DNA from: Pyrinomonadaceae bacterium
GTDB lineage: Bacteria; Acidobacteriota; Blastocatellia; Pyrinomonadales; Pyrinomonadaceae
Length of the DNA stretch: 64,000 nucleotides
Assembly (NCBI GenBank): GCA_046313635.1
Contig: JBKBYA010000009.1
Coordinates: 69,911 to 133,910 of the forward strand
Direction: 5' to 3'
Within the stretch, counting starts at the first letter, position 1. The number at the start of each line of letters is the position of its first letter. The notes under the pieces were generated by a model. It saw only the letters and a list, made by a program, of their open reading frames with translations. It made no database searches and was not told where the DNA came from. Position numbers and translations under genes: made by a program. This document shows, piece after piece, positions 47,507-60,627 of this stretch.

Positions 47507-49041
47507 ATGCACCGATCACAGAAACGAACCCTTCGCGTCGGTGTCCTAACGCTCGCGATCTTTTTTGCAGCGGCCGCCGCGGCGTTTGCCGAGCCTGTAA
47601 GGATAAAGGTCTCTGTGCCGTCGTCGATCGCCGGCGCAGAATATCCGCTCTCGGGCCGGCTGCTGGTCTTTATGAAAAAGGCCGGCAAGGAAACGGACGG
47701 CTTCGGCGTCGAGTACGACGACCCGAACGCGGTCTGGGTGAGCGGCGTCGACGTCGCTAACCTGGCAGCCGGCCAAACATTCGAATTCGATCCCGACTCG
47801 CTCAGCTTCCCGTCAAAATTCTCCAGCGCGCCGGCCGGCGAGTATCAGGTCTTTGCGCTCGTCGACCGCGATCATTCTTACACCTACGGCGGCCCGGGCT
47901 CGGGCGACGTTTATTCGAATGTCGTCAAAGCGGCGCTGCCCGCGTCGTCGGCGATAGAGCGGAATTTGATCAAGAGCATACCGGAGCGCAAATACCCTTC
48001 GCACCCGAACGCGAAGATCGTCGAATTCGAGAGCCCGATGCTTTCGGCCTTTTGGGGCCGGCCGATCAAGCTGCAGGCGACAGTTGTCGTGCCGCCGAGT
48101 TACGACAGGTCGCCCGCGCAAAAGTATCCGACCGTTTACAACATTCACGGCTACTGCGGCACGCATCTCGGCAATCTGCCGGGCGTCGAGAGCTTTCTCA
48201 AGATGATGACCGACGGACAGCGGCCCGAGATGATCTACGTCTATCTCAACGGTCACAATTCGATGGGACATCACGTCTTTGCCGACTCGGTCAACAACGG
48301 TCCGTGGGGCGTGGCTCTCGTCAAGGAATTTATCCCGTATCTCGAAAAGCAGTTCAGGATGGACGCCAAGTCGGGCGGGCGATTCGTCACCGGCCACTCG
48401 TCCGGCGGATGGTCGAGCCTGTGGGTGATGATCACGCATCCCGACTTTTTTGCCGGCACGTGGTCGACGTCGCCCGATCCGGTGGACTTTCGCAACTTTA
48501 CCGGGCCCGACATTTACGCCGCGAGTGCGAATGCCTACACGCGGCCCACGGCACCGAATACGGCCTCGTTCGGATGAACGGCAAGGACGTCGCGACACTG
48601 AAGCAGTACGCGCAGCAGGAGGTAGTGCTCGGCGCGTACGGCGGGCAGATGGCGTCATTCAACGCAGTCTTCAGCCCGAAAGGTCCAGACGGCCGGCCGA
48701 TGGAGCTTTACGATCTTGCGACCGGCCGGATCGATCCGTTTGTCGCAAAGGCGTGGGAGAAGTACGACATCTCGCGCGTACTGCGTGACAACTGGTCGAC
48801 GCTCGGGCCAAAGCTCAAAGGCAAACTCCACATCATCGTCGGCACGGCCGACACCTTTCACCTCGACGAAGCGGTCCGCCTGCTCGATGCCGAACTCAAA
48901 AAGCTCGGCTCCGATACGACGTTTGAGTACCTCGAGGGCAAGACGCACTTCGATCTCTACAAAGACGGCCTAGGCAGCCGCATCGCCTGGGAGATGTACA
49001 AGATCGCCCGCCCAAAAGCGAAAAACGCCGCGGCAAAATAG
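47507..49041 (+). pseudogene. Secreted esterase (Fes/enterochelin esterase-like), frameshifted near 48547
   Basis: GHSSGGWS, STSPDPVDF in first frame; continues GTEYGLVRM..VGTADTF..HFDL in the -1 frame; cggcccacggc appears to lack one base. Confidence 0.8.
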
Positions 49042-49228
49042 CCTCTGCAAGCGAGACCCTGCCGCTCTGGAATGAGCGGCCTTTCGTTGACTCGCTGACC
49101 GCCAAACCGCGGCGGGGGCGTCCTCGGCCGGTCGTGCGGTTATTTGCACCGGCTGCAAAATGGTTGCACGAAAAGGGCCGGATACAATATCATCTCCGTC
49201 CGATCAAGTGTGCATGGAGGGCCATCAA

Positions 49229-51079
49229 ATGTTCCCACGTCTTCCGATCCTTTTGTTCGTCATGCTGTTGGTATGCTGCGTCCGATACGACGTGGCCGCG
49301 CAGCAACCCGCCGAGGGTGCCGAGGGCAAAGCCTCGGTCTGCGATACGGATCTTGCAAAGTTTCTCGTTCAGCAGCACGCCGCCGAGAGCGACGCCATAG
49401 CGGATACCGGAAAGCGCATACGTATCCTGATACGGGCAGCCGAATTTCTATGGAGGCTGGATGAGTCGAGCTCTCGCGAATATCTCTCACGGGCATTCAC
49501 GGTCGCTTCCGATCGATTTCGCGAGGGACGCTCTGAAAGCCGAAACGACAAGGGCTCGACCGCAACTTCGCCTGACTACCGGTTTCAGGTGATCCGCTCG
49601 ATCGCAGCGCATGATCCCGAATGGGCCAAGCGTCTCGTCGACCAGGTTCTCAAGGAGGCGGCGGAGGACGAGAAGCGATCAGAGAGCGACAAACTGAACG
49701 AGATAAGCTCCACCATCCGGATCGCCGTGTTCAGCGTAAGATCCGATCCGCAGTTAAGTTGGTATCTATTCCGGCGGGTCATGTCTTCGCCGCTCGATAT
49801 TCACTGGTATGCCGCGCTCTATGGCGTCGCCGGGGCCGACCCGCGTTTTGCCGACGCTCTTTATTCCGAGTTGATCCGCAATTACACGACCGGGCCGCGC
49901 GCGGCCTCGCCGCGTCAGTTTCTTTTTCTTTCGGCTTACCCGTTCGCGAATGAACGAATTTTGGGGATAGACAAATTCAGCTATGGCGCTTCGGTTCCGG
50001 CCGGCATGAGACCAGATCCGACCCTGAAGCGGCAGTTCATTGCGGCATTCCTCGACCTTGTCAACCGTTTTGCCGCCGATCCGACCAGGTCCATGATCCA
50101 GTCCGAGGGCTCAGAGCGCCGGCCTGAATCACTTTACGCGGTGGCCGCGCTTGAGGAGTTGGAGTCGATCGTTCTCGCCGAATTTCCGGCGATGGCTCAG
50201 CGATTTTCTGAGGTAAAAGCGCGGGCGGCAGGATTGCTGAGTGACGACCTGCGCCGTGAACTGACCGAAAGGACCAAGACCTCGGCCGCACTCGCGACCG
50301 GATTTGAAGACCGCCTTGCCGAGATCGAAAAGGCCGAAGCCGACGGCCGTCTTACCGACCTGATGATCGTGCGGCTCGTGACATGGGGCGACTCGGCAAA
50401 GACCGAGGAGCAGTTCAAAAAGATCCTGCCGTGGATCGACAAGATAAAAGATGGGTCAGTGCGTAAAGAAACGGAGAAGTACTTCTGGTTCTTGCGCTCC
50501 AAGACGGCCATCGGCGATCGGCGCTTCGCAGACGCCGAACGTTTTGCCGCTAAGGTTCCCGAGCTCGATCATCGAGCCGTGCTGATGTTGGACCTGGCAA
50601 AAGCACAGCTCAAGGATGCGAATACGATCGCTGATGCGCAACAGCTGCTGGCCGGCGTAGAGCAGCTTGCCGCTCGTGCCGAAAGTTCGGTTGCGAAGGC
50701 ACGCGTCCTTTTGGGGCTCGCCTCGGCATACGAAGACGTCAACCACGTCTTTGCGCTCGACGCATTGAGAGACGCCGTAAAGACGATCAATCAGCTGGAT
50801 GATCCTGACATCATGACCTCGGCACTCCGCCGTCAGATCGTCGGCAAGGGCTTTTCGCATTACGCGGTTTACGAGCTCCCGAATGCCGATCTTGAAACGA
50901 CCTTCAGGCTGATCAGCAAGAACGATTTTTCTCTCGCTCTCTCGAACGCTCGAGCATTGGACGATCGCTTCTTTCGAGCGATCGCAGTTTTCGCTGTCGC
51001 CCAAAACTGCATTGACAAGCCTCAGATCAAAGACCCCCGCCGGCCGGCAAAGCGACCGGCAAAGCGAGCCGGCGCCTGA
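49229..51079 (+). CDS. Secreted alpha-helical hypothetical protein
   Basis: RBS ggagg, signal peptide, 616 aa helical or repeat-like sequence. Confidence 0.7.
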   Translation: MFPRLPILLFVMLLVCCVRYDVAAQQPAEGAEGKASVCDTDLAKFLVQQHAAESDAIADTGKRIRILIRAAEFLWRLDESSSREYLSRAFTVASDRFREGRSESRNDKGSTATSPDYRFQVIRSIAAHDPEWAKRLVDQVLKEAAEDEKRSESDKLNEISSTIRIAVFSVRSDPQLSWYLFRRVMSSPLDIHWYAALYGVAGADPRFADALYSELIRNYTTGPRAASPRQFLFLSAYPFANERILGIDKFSYGASVPAGMRPDPTLKRQFIAAFLDLVNRFAADPTRSMIQSEGSERRPESLYAVAALEELESIVLAEFPAMAQRFSEVKARAAGLLSDDLRRELTERTKTSAALATGFEDRLAEIEKAEADGRLTDLMIVRLVTWGDSAKTEEQFKKILPWIDKIKDGSVRKETEKYFWFLRSKTAIGDRRFADAERFAAKVPELDHRAVLMLDLAKAQLKDANTIADAQQLLAGVEQLAARAESSVAKARVLLGLASAYEDVNHVFALDALRDAVKTINQLDDPDIMTSALRRQIVGKGFSHYAVYELPNADLETTFRLISKNDFSLALSNARALDDRFFRAIAVFAVAQNCIDKPQIKDPRRPAKRPAKRAGA

Positions 51080-51272
51080 CGTCCGACCGGCGGAACGGAC
51101 GACCATAAGCGTGCGACGTCTCGACACGTCTCCCAATCCCGCCGAGACTTTTTCAGCGGGCATCGGCGGCAGCTCTTCGAGCACTTCACGCTCCAGAGCC
51201 TTTCGGCGACGTCTTCGGGCAGGCTGAACGCTGCCTCCGCCATTGGCCTTGGCCTGCGAGGGGAATTCTAGA

Positions 51273-53075
<1,803 letters not shown>

Positions 53076-53286
53076 ACTTCGAGAGAACCGAAGTATCAAC
53101 AATAGCAAAAGACGCGTACCGAAGCACTTGCGGACACGCACGCGTCGCACCGTCGACCGCCGAAAAACAAGGCGAAAAAGAGAGGTGTCCCTTGATCCGC
53201 GCGATCCGGCGCGGTCGGCTTCGGTCCTCGGCCCGACCGTCTCGTTTGATCCTTGGTGTCTTTTGCGCGCGCTCGAGGAGTGCAGC

Positions 53287-55661
53287 CTAATTCTTTTTGC
53301 CAAACAGGATCGTTACGCCCGCGGTCACGGTGAGCGGATATCCGGGCGTCGCGTGGACACGCGTGACGGGGTCGCACGTCGGGCAGGCGCGCGACTCGAA
53401 GTAGTTTTGAGTCTCGTAATATCGCTTATTGAGCAGATCGTCGATCGCGAAGCTGACCTTGACGCGCCGCGTGATCTTTTTCGAGATCGCGAGATCGACG
53501 ACATCGAGCCCGCTCGCCCTGATGCTCGCGTCCTCTCCGTCGAGCCTGTAAGCCGAGATGTGGCGCCAGTTGAGCGATGCCGCAGATCCGCGAAAAACGG
53601 ACACTACGAGCCCGGCGTTAGCGACCAGATGAGGAGCACCGTCGACCGCTACGCGGCGCCCGTCCGCCGTGAGCCGGCCCGGGTAAAAGGCGCGAATGAC
53701 GCGCGTCAGTCCCGCATTAAAACTCGTGTAGCGGCCGATCGCCACGGTTGTCCGCCCCTCGACGCCGTACGACCGCGAGCGGCCGGCGAGCTCGATCGAG
53801 CCGTCGTCGGGGATGTAGACCTGCTCGTTCGAGCGGTCGATCAGGAACGAGCTGAAGACAGCCGACACGCGCCGCGAGTTGTACGACACGCCGGCCTGAT
53901 AGAAATCGGTCGTCGCGACCTTTGGCCCGTGCGGATCGCGTGCGATGCCGCGGACGTCCTGCGACGAGACGCCGCGGCCGTAGTTGACATAGAAGGTCAC
54001 AGGCAGAAGATCGAAGGGCGAGAGCGCGACGGCAAGTTTCGGTTGCGCGACGGATTTGCTCTCGTTCGCCGCGAGATAGTCCGCACGTCGCGGAGCTCGA
54101 ATCCATTCACGTCGAATCCGAAAAAGTCGAACCTCAGCCCGCCCTGCAAACGCAGATGCCCGCGAAAAAGCGACGTCTCGTTCTGCACGTAAACGCCGTA
54201 GTTGGCGAGCCCCACACGCGCCGAGGTCAGCAGCACGTCGGGGTTGTCGAGATTACCGCCGATAAACTTTCTCGACGGGTCGCGCGAGACCGACGGATAG
54301 AGTCCGACGTTGATCTGATCTCTTGCAATGTTGGAGCCGCCCGTAAAGACCGACGGCAGACCGAACAATTTGTACGCCTGGACGAATTGCACATTCCCGC
54401 CCTGCCGCAGACGCGAATCGTGCTGCTGGATCTCGTCGCCGTGAACCGGGTCGGTCAGGAAAAACGTGAAGTTCGAATAGAGGTCGAGCAGTGAACGCCC
54501 GACAAAGGCGTCTGCCCTGAGGACCGCGCCGCTTTTCCATTCTTTCCGGTAGTAGACGGCGGCCGTGCCCGACGACGCTTTTCCGCCGCTGTCGGGATCC
54601 ATCGAGCCGAATCGCCGCAATTCGCCCGACGCGACCAGATCGAGCGGGATCTGCCCCGAAGAGTAAAAGCTGTTGGTGCCGGCATTGATCTTCAGGCCCG
54701 CGGCCGCGTCGCCGCCGAATTTGTATGTGAGATTGCCCGTCAAATTGTGTCGACGGTAACGCAGAGGACTATCGAAGGGCCCGTCAGTGTAGCTCGGCTC
54801 GTAGGCGATGAAAGAGCTCACATTCCTGCGTTTAGGCGAGAACGCGAAAAAGCCCCGAAGCGAATTGAACGATCCGGTCTGCACCCTAGCGGTAGAGATC
54901 TCCGGCAGTTCTTCGCGCTGCCTGATCTGCACGACGCCGAGACCCGAAAAGTCGCCGTACGCCGCCGAGAAAGGGCCGTTGATCAACGTCACGTCCTCGA
55001 CCAGCTCGGGCGAGAGCGTTTTGAGCGATCCGAGATATCCCTGGCCGTGGCCCTGCGTTCCCTGGTTTTGCTGAATGTTGTCGATTAGTATCTTCAATCC
55101 GCCGTTCACGCCGCCGTGATCGAGATTGAAGCCGTAGCGGCGGATCTCGAGCGACTTGCCACCGCCCTCGTGCTGACCCGCGTTGATCCCCGCATTCAGA
55201 GTTTGCAGAAGCTGATCGTCGCGGCCGAAAAGACCATTGGCGTAGATCGCGCCGTTGCGCATCTCGACATCCGGTACGAGAGCATCGTTCTGTATGGTGA
55301 CCGTGGCGGTGACCGGCGGCACCACGTATCTGATCCTGAGCTGAATGTTCGCGGTCTGCTCGTCGGGCCCAAACCTTCGCACGGCGGTCTCGATGTTTGT
55401 GCCGGTGACCGAAACGGCGACCGGCACGCCGACGATCTGAACGGCAAATCTGCCCTCACCGTCCGTGACCGTCTCGACGACCTCGACCGGCGACGTCACC
55501 ACCACGGCAGCGCGTTCGACCACCGCGTGATCGGCCGTTATCACAACGCCCGAAACCTCGCGGCGCCGTTCCGCTTCGCGCTGGGCGTGGGCCGCGGCAA
55601 ATGCGCTCAGCAGCAGCAAGGCTGCAGCGCAGGTCGATCGAAACCTACGACTCTGTGACAT
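53287..55661 (-). pseudogene. TonB-dependent receptor, single frameshift near 54080
   Basis: Signal peptide, plug GQHEGGGKS..GFNLDHG..HGQGY, GPFSAAYGDF; after RDVRT the frame shifts to LAANESKSVAQPKLAVALSP, which continues into ORF 53287-54000 (DDLLNKRY..TPGYP). Confidence 0.82.
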
Positions 55662-55736
55662 AGCTCGCGATTCGACACCGGAGGTCGGGCGGATTCAACG
55701 CCGGTCTCACGCCAAAACCAAGATAACAATTTTTTT

Positions 55737-55762
55737 GAATCCGATACCGCGCCCGTGCCGAA
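55737..55762 (+). promoter_or_regulatory. Putative ECF (SigK-like) promoter
   Basis: GAATCC-N15-CCGAA about 175 bp upstream of the DUF4394 gene. Confidence 0.45.
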
Positions 55763-55936
55763 AGCCTATTCATTGCGATCGCTTTCGCGGTGCACTGTGT
55801 CGGAGGTCCTCGTCGAGGGCGCGTAGCTGCCGTCGTGTCGTTTGTCCTCCCTGTGATCGTCCCGCTGCGGCTGGACGACTCTCGGCCCGACGGCTCGCAA
55901 TTCATTCTTAGGTCTTAGTGCAAGGGAGGGTAATCA

Positions 55937-57598
55937 ATGATAGGGAAAACGCTCGATCGAAGGCACGCCCTGACGGCTGTGCTTTTTTTTATTGGGATAA
56001 TGCTCTTCGGCGGTGCGGCGACGCTCGCCGAGGCGGCGACGATCTACGGCGTCTCGACCGCGAACGCACTTGTCCGGTTCGACACGGCCGCGCCGGCCGC
56101 GGTCACGACGATCGGCACGATCACAGGTCTGCAGCCCGGCGAGACGATCGTCGGTATCGACTTTCGCCCGGCAAACGGGCAGCTCTACGCGCTCGGAAGC
56201 TCAAGCCGGCTTTACACGATAAATCTGGTCACCGGAGCGGCGACCCAAGTGGGAACGGCCGGCGCCTTCACCCTGAGCGGCTCGGAGTTTGGATTTGATT
56301 TCAATCCAGCGGTCGATCGCATCCGCGTCGTCTCAAACACAGGCCAAAACCTGCGGCTCAATCCCGATACAGGCGGGCTCGCCGCGACTGACGCACCGCT
56401 CAACCCCGGCGCGCCGAGCGTAACGGCCGCCGCGTACACAAACAATTTTGCCGGCGCGACCTCGACCACGCTTTACGTCATCGACACCGCAACCGACGCG
56501 CTCTACATCCAGAATCCGCCAAATAACGGCACGCTGAATCTCGTCGGTCTGCTCGGCGACGACGTCGCTGCGTCCAACGGCTTTGACATCGCTCCGATCG
56601 GCGGCGCGGCCTACGCCGCACTGACGGTCGGCAGCACGTCACAGCTCTACACGATCAACCTCGCTACGGGCGCGGCAACGCTCGTGGGGCCGGTCGGCGG
56701 CAATGTTCCCCTGCGCGGTATCTCTGTCGCGTTCGGGTCGGCCGCCGCCAACACGGCAGCTCTCGATTTTGACGGCGACCGCCGGGCGGACTACGCGGTG
56801 TACCGCCTGAGCACAAATTCGTACTTTATCAACCGCAGCTCGAACAACTCTTTCTTCTCATTCCCGTTCGGCCTTGCGAGCGACGTGCAGACGCCCGGTG
56901 ACTACGACGGCGACGGCCGCGCGGACGCGGCGGTCTGGCGGCCGTCGAACGGCACGTTCTACGTTCTCAGAAGCTCTACCGGCTCTGTTCAGTTCTTCCA
57001 GTTCGGTCTCAATGGAGACGAGCCCGTCGCTCGAGATTACGACGGTGACGGCAGGACGGATTTTGCCGTCGTGCGTCGCTCTGGCGGCGTGATGACGTGG
57101 TACATCGCAAACAGTTCAAACGGTACGGTCCGGATCCAGCAGTTCGGTCTCGACTCCGACGTCACGGCCCCCGGCGACTATGACGGCGACGGGCGCTTTG
57201 ACCTCGCGGTGTTCAGGACGACGGGCGCGCAGCAGGGAACTTTCTTTGTGCTGAGGAGCACGCTCGGGCCAACAGCGGTCCAATGGGGAATAGGGAGCGA
57301 CCTCGTGGTGCCTGGTGATTACGACGGCGACGGGCGAACAGATTACGCGGTCGTTCGTGTCGGCACGCAGTACACGTGGTTCGTCCTGCTGAGCGGCGGC
57401 GGCGTACTCTCGGCCCAGTGGGGCATCAAGCCGCATCTCACGGTCCAGGCTGACTATGATGGCGACGGCCGGACCAATATCGCGACCTGGGACCCGGCGA
57501 CCGGTATCTTTTACGTGCTTAACGCGAACGGCACCGCTACGGAATACCGCTTCGGTATGAATGGCGATTACCCGATCGCGAACTACGACACGCATTGA
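55937..57598 (+). CDS. Secreted DUF4394 protein with C-terminal FG-GAP/VCBS repeats
   Basis: GIDFRPANGQLY, GFDFNPAVDRIRVV..GQNLRLNP, AAYTN; repeated DYDGDGRxDxAV; RBS ggagg. Confidence 0.88.
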   Translation: MIGKTLDRRHALTAVLFFIGIMLFGGAATLAEAATIYGVSTANALVRFDTAAPAAVTTIGTITGLQPGETIVGIDFRPANGQLYALGSSSRLYTINLVTGAATQVGTAGAFTLSGSEFGFDFNPAVDRIRVVSNTGQNLRLNPDTGGLAATDAPLNPGAPSVTAAAYTNNFAGATSTTLYVIDTATDALYIQNPPNNGTLNLVGLLGDDVAASNGFDIAPIGGAAYAALTVGSTSQLYTINLATGAATLVGPVGGNVPLRGISVAFGSAAANTAALDFDGDRRADYAVYRLSTNSYFINRSSNNSFFSFPFGLASDVQTPGDYDGDGRADAAVWRPSNGTFYVLRSSTGSVQFFQFGLNGDEPVARDYDGDGRTDFAVVRRSGGVMTWYIANSSNGTVRIQQFGLDSDVTAPGDYDGDGRFDLAVFRTTGAQQGTFFVLRSTLGPTAVQWGIGSDLVVPGDYDGDGRTDYAVVRVGTQYTWFVLLSGGGVLSAQWGIKPHLTVQADYDGDGRTNIATWDPATGIFYVLNANGTATEYRFGMNGDYPIANYDTH

Positions 57599-57608
57599 TC
57601 TGCACCGT

Positions 57609-57643
57609 GACCGCGGCGGTGCCCGGATGGGGCCGCCGCGGTC
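57609..57643 (+). other. Intra-operon GC-rich stem-loop
   Basis: gaccgcggcgg...ccgccgcggtc, no U-tract. Confidence 0.6.
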
Positions 57644-57663
57644 GCACGAACATAGGAGGAAAA

Positions 57664-59202
57664 ATGAAAAATAACTTTAGAAGAGCAGTCTGCCTCGCCG
57701 TACTTACGGCAATGCTGGCGATCGGTATCGCACCGGCAGCCGAGGTGCATGCCTCGAGCCATGCCGAGGCTCCGCTCATCAGCATGGACCGATTCGCGGA
57801 CAACACCGACACGTACGCGTTTCGCAGCGTCGAGCCGGGCCGCGATGGGTTTGTCACACTGATCGCAAACTACATCCCGCTTCAGGATCCCTCGGCCGGG
57901 CCGCAGTGGTTCCGCTTTGACGACACCGTGCTGTACGAGATCAAGATCGACAACACCGGGGACGGCGTCGAGGACATCAGTTACCAGTTTCAGTTCACGA
58001 CCCAGGTCGCCAACTCGAACACCGTACTCGGAATGAACGCGGTCAATCAGGACGGAGTGATCAGCAGCCTGACCGATCCTGACTACAATATGCCGCAGAC
58101 ATACACGGTCCGCCGCGTCGAGAGCCGCTCCGGGCGGCGCGGACAGCTCCTCGCCGCAGGCCTCCGTACGCCGCCCGCCAATATCGGGCCGCGCGTGACG
58201 CCGAATTACGAGCAGAATCTCGGCCAGCCCGCCGTCTACAACCTGCCGAACGGCGGCAAGGTCTTTGCCGGCAATCGCGACGAATATTTCTATATCGATC
58301 TCGGTGTCTTCGACGCGCTTAACCTCCGTTCGGTCGGGGCGACCGGCGGCATCGATCAGACCAAGAACTACAACGTCAGCGAGATCGCGATCGAGGTCCC
58401 GATCCAGGAGCTGACCCGTTCGGGAGCGATCCCGTCCGGCCCGACCGCTCCCGACGCGGTGATCGGCGTATGGGCGACCGCAAGCCGCCGCACGACGCGC
58501 GTGATCACACCGTCGGGCAACCGCAACAACGAGGGCGGCTTTGTCCAGGTCTCGCGTCTCGGCAACCCGCTGGTCAACGAGGTCGTCATTCCGCTTGGAC
58601 TCAAGGACGCATTCAACAGCCTTTCACCGGCCGTCGACGGAACGATCCCGCAGGTCGTCCAGGCCATACTCGATCCGGAGCTCGCCCGGCTCTTGAGGGC
58701 GGTATACGGCATCAACATTCCGCCTCCTCCGCGTAACGATCTGGTATCGATCTTTGCTACCGGAATACCCGTCAACAGCGTCACCGGGCCAAACTACACG
58801 ACGTTCCTGTCAGACGGAACGGCGCACGAGTACATCCGGCTCAACGTCGCGATCCCGATCACGCCGATCGGCAGTATCAACCGTCTCGGGCTGCTCGGCG
58901 GCGATGTCGCCGGATTCCCGAATGGACGCCGGCCGCACGACGACGTGACGGACATCGCACTGCGGGCCGTCGCGGGCGGCACGCCGTTCACGCCTGCGAC
59001 CAACGTCGCCCCAAACAACACGCTTGGCGACGGCGTCAGCTTCAATCCGGAAGGGCCGCTGCTGACGCGGTTCCCGTACCTGCTGCCGCCCAATCAGGGC
59101 AACCAGCCAAAGCCGTCCAGCACGCCGACGACCACAACGTCGGCACCGCTTGTCGACGACGGGAAGATACCGACCGTCGATGACGCCGGACGTCTCAAAT
59201 AA
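57664..59202 (+). CDS. Secreted DUF4331 protein
   Basis: ASSHAEAP, DNTDTYAF, QVSRLGNPLVNE, GFPNGRRP.DDV.DI, FPYL; RBS aggagg. Confidence 0.92.
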   Translation: MKNNFRRAVCLAVLTAMLAIGIAPAAEVHASSHAEAPLISMDRFADNTDTYAFRSVEPGRDGFVTLIANYIPLQDPSAGPQWFRFDDTVLYEIKIDNTGDGVEDISYQFQFTTQVANSNTVLGMNAVNQDGVISSLTDPDYNMPQTYTVRRVESRSGRRGQLLAAGLRTPPANIGPRVTPNYEQNLGQPAVYNLPNGGKVFAGNRDEYFYIDLGVFDALNLRSVGATGGIDQTKNYNVSEIAIEVPIQELTRSGAIPSGPTAPDAVIGVWATASRRTTRVITPSGNRNNEGGFVQVSRLGNPLVNEVVIPLGLKDAFNSLSPAVDGTIPQVVQAILDPELARLLRAVYGINIPPPPRNDLVSIFATGIPVNSVTGPNYTTFLSDGTAHEYIRLNVAIPITPIGSINRLGLLGGDVAGFPNGRRPHDDVTDIALRAVAGGTPFTPATNVAPNNTLGDGVSFNPEGPLLTRFPYLLPPNQGNQPKPSSTPTTTTSAPLVDDGKIPTVDDAGRLK

Positions 59203-59303
59203 AGTGCGCGCGTCGCGGACCGGATCTATTGCAGCCCGGTCCGCGGCGATTCGCCCTCAGTCCGGCGAGACGATCCGGGCGGACCTCGCCGAGAAAAGAA
59301 AAA

Positions 59304-60596
59304 ATGAAAGTCACAGCCCTTCTGATCTTGCTCCTTGGTGTCCTCGCGTTTGGATGGTCCTGCTCCGCGGGTGAGCACCAGGCCGCCGCGTCCCCAGGCG
59401 ACGCGGCGGAGACTTTTGACGATCCAGACCCGTCTGTCAGGCAGGCGCTGAAACTGGTCGAGAAAATCCCCGATTCGCCGAACGGATATGTGCAGCTCGC
59501 CGCCGCGTACATACGGCTCGCTCGCGAGACCGGGTCGGCCGAGTACAGTACCAAGGCGGAGGCGGCCGTCGCTCGGGCGTCTGAGATCGACCCGTCAAGC
59601 GCCGAAGTCCGCAAGCTCAAGGCGACCCTGCTGCTCAACGGCCACCATTTTGCAGAGGCGCTCGACCTCGGCAAGCAGCTCGCCGCCGAGCTGCCGAACG
59701 ACGCTTTTGTATGGGGTATTCTGACCGACGCCAATGCGGAGCTCGGCAACTACGACGAGGCCGTGCGCTCGGCGCAGCGGATGGTCGACATCAGGCCAAA
59801 CGCTGCTTCGTACGCGCGGGTCGGGCACATCAGATCTCTTCACGGCGATACCGCCGGAGCGATCGAGGCGTTCAGACTCGCCGCCCGGATGAGCGACCCG
59901 GCCGACAGCGAGAGCCGGAGCTGGGCCGTCGTGCAGATCGGCAACGAGTACTGGCGGACGGGCCGGTACGGCGACGCTGTCCGAAGCTATGACGAGGCAC
60001 TCGAGATCTTTCCGGACTATTACCTCGCGCTCGCCGGCAAAGGCCGAGCTCTGGCATCGCTCGGGGAGTTTGCCGCGGCGGCCGAGCATCTCGAGCGAGC
60101 GGCCGCGAAGCACGTTAACATCGACAATATCTTTTTGCTCGGCGACGTCTACACGCGGCTCGGCGAGACGGCCAAGGCCAATGCCCAGTACGCCCTCGCG
60201 CAGAGCGGCGAGGCCGGGCTCGGCCGCGCGGACGATCCGCACCGCGTCGCGCTCTTTTGGGCGAATAACGGCATTCGCCTAGACGAGGCCGTCGCGATCG
60301 CCGAGCAGGACCGGGCGAAACAGAGCGACATCTACGCCTCTGACACGCTCGCGTGGTGCCTCTACAAGGCAGGCAGGCTTGACGAGGCAAAGCGCCACGC
60401 CGACGAGGCGATGAGGCTCGGCACTCCCGACGCAAAGATACTTTTCCATGCCGGGATGATCGCGAAAGCACGCGGCGAGCGACGCGAAGCGGTCGGACTC
60501 CTCAGCCGCGCGATCAAGCTTAACCCGCAATTCGATCCGCTGTTGGCCGGTGTGGCGGCCTCGGCACTCGGCGAACTGAAAAAAGGCATTAGGTAG
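59304..60596 (+). CDS. TPR-repeat protein (probable lipoprotein)
   Basis: Signal peptide with Cys; TPRs; DTLAWCLY; ILFHAGMI. Confidence 0.88.
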   Translation: MKVTALLILLLGVLAFGWSCSAGEHQAAASPGDAAETFDDPDPSVRQALKLVEKIPDSPNGYVQLAAAYIRLARETGSAEYSTKAEAAVARASEIDPSSAEVRKLKATLLLNGHHFAEALDLGKQLAAELPNDAFVWGILTDANAELGNYDEAVRSAQRMVDIRPNAASYARVGHIRSLHGDTAGAIEAFRLAARMSDPADSESRSWAVVQIGNEYWRTGRYGDAVRSYDEALEIFPDYYLALAGKGRALASLGEFAAAAEHLERAAAKHVNIDNIFLLGDVYTRLGETAKANAQYALAQSGEAGLGRADDPHRVALFWANNGIRLDEAVAIAEQDRAKQSDIYASDTLAWCLYKAGRLDEAKRHADEAMRLGTPDAKILFHAGMIAKARGERREAVGLLSRAIKLNPQFDPLLAGVAASALGELKKGIR

Positions 60597-60627
60597 TTTC
60601 GAACGATCGCTCTCGCGGCGATTTGCC

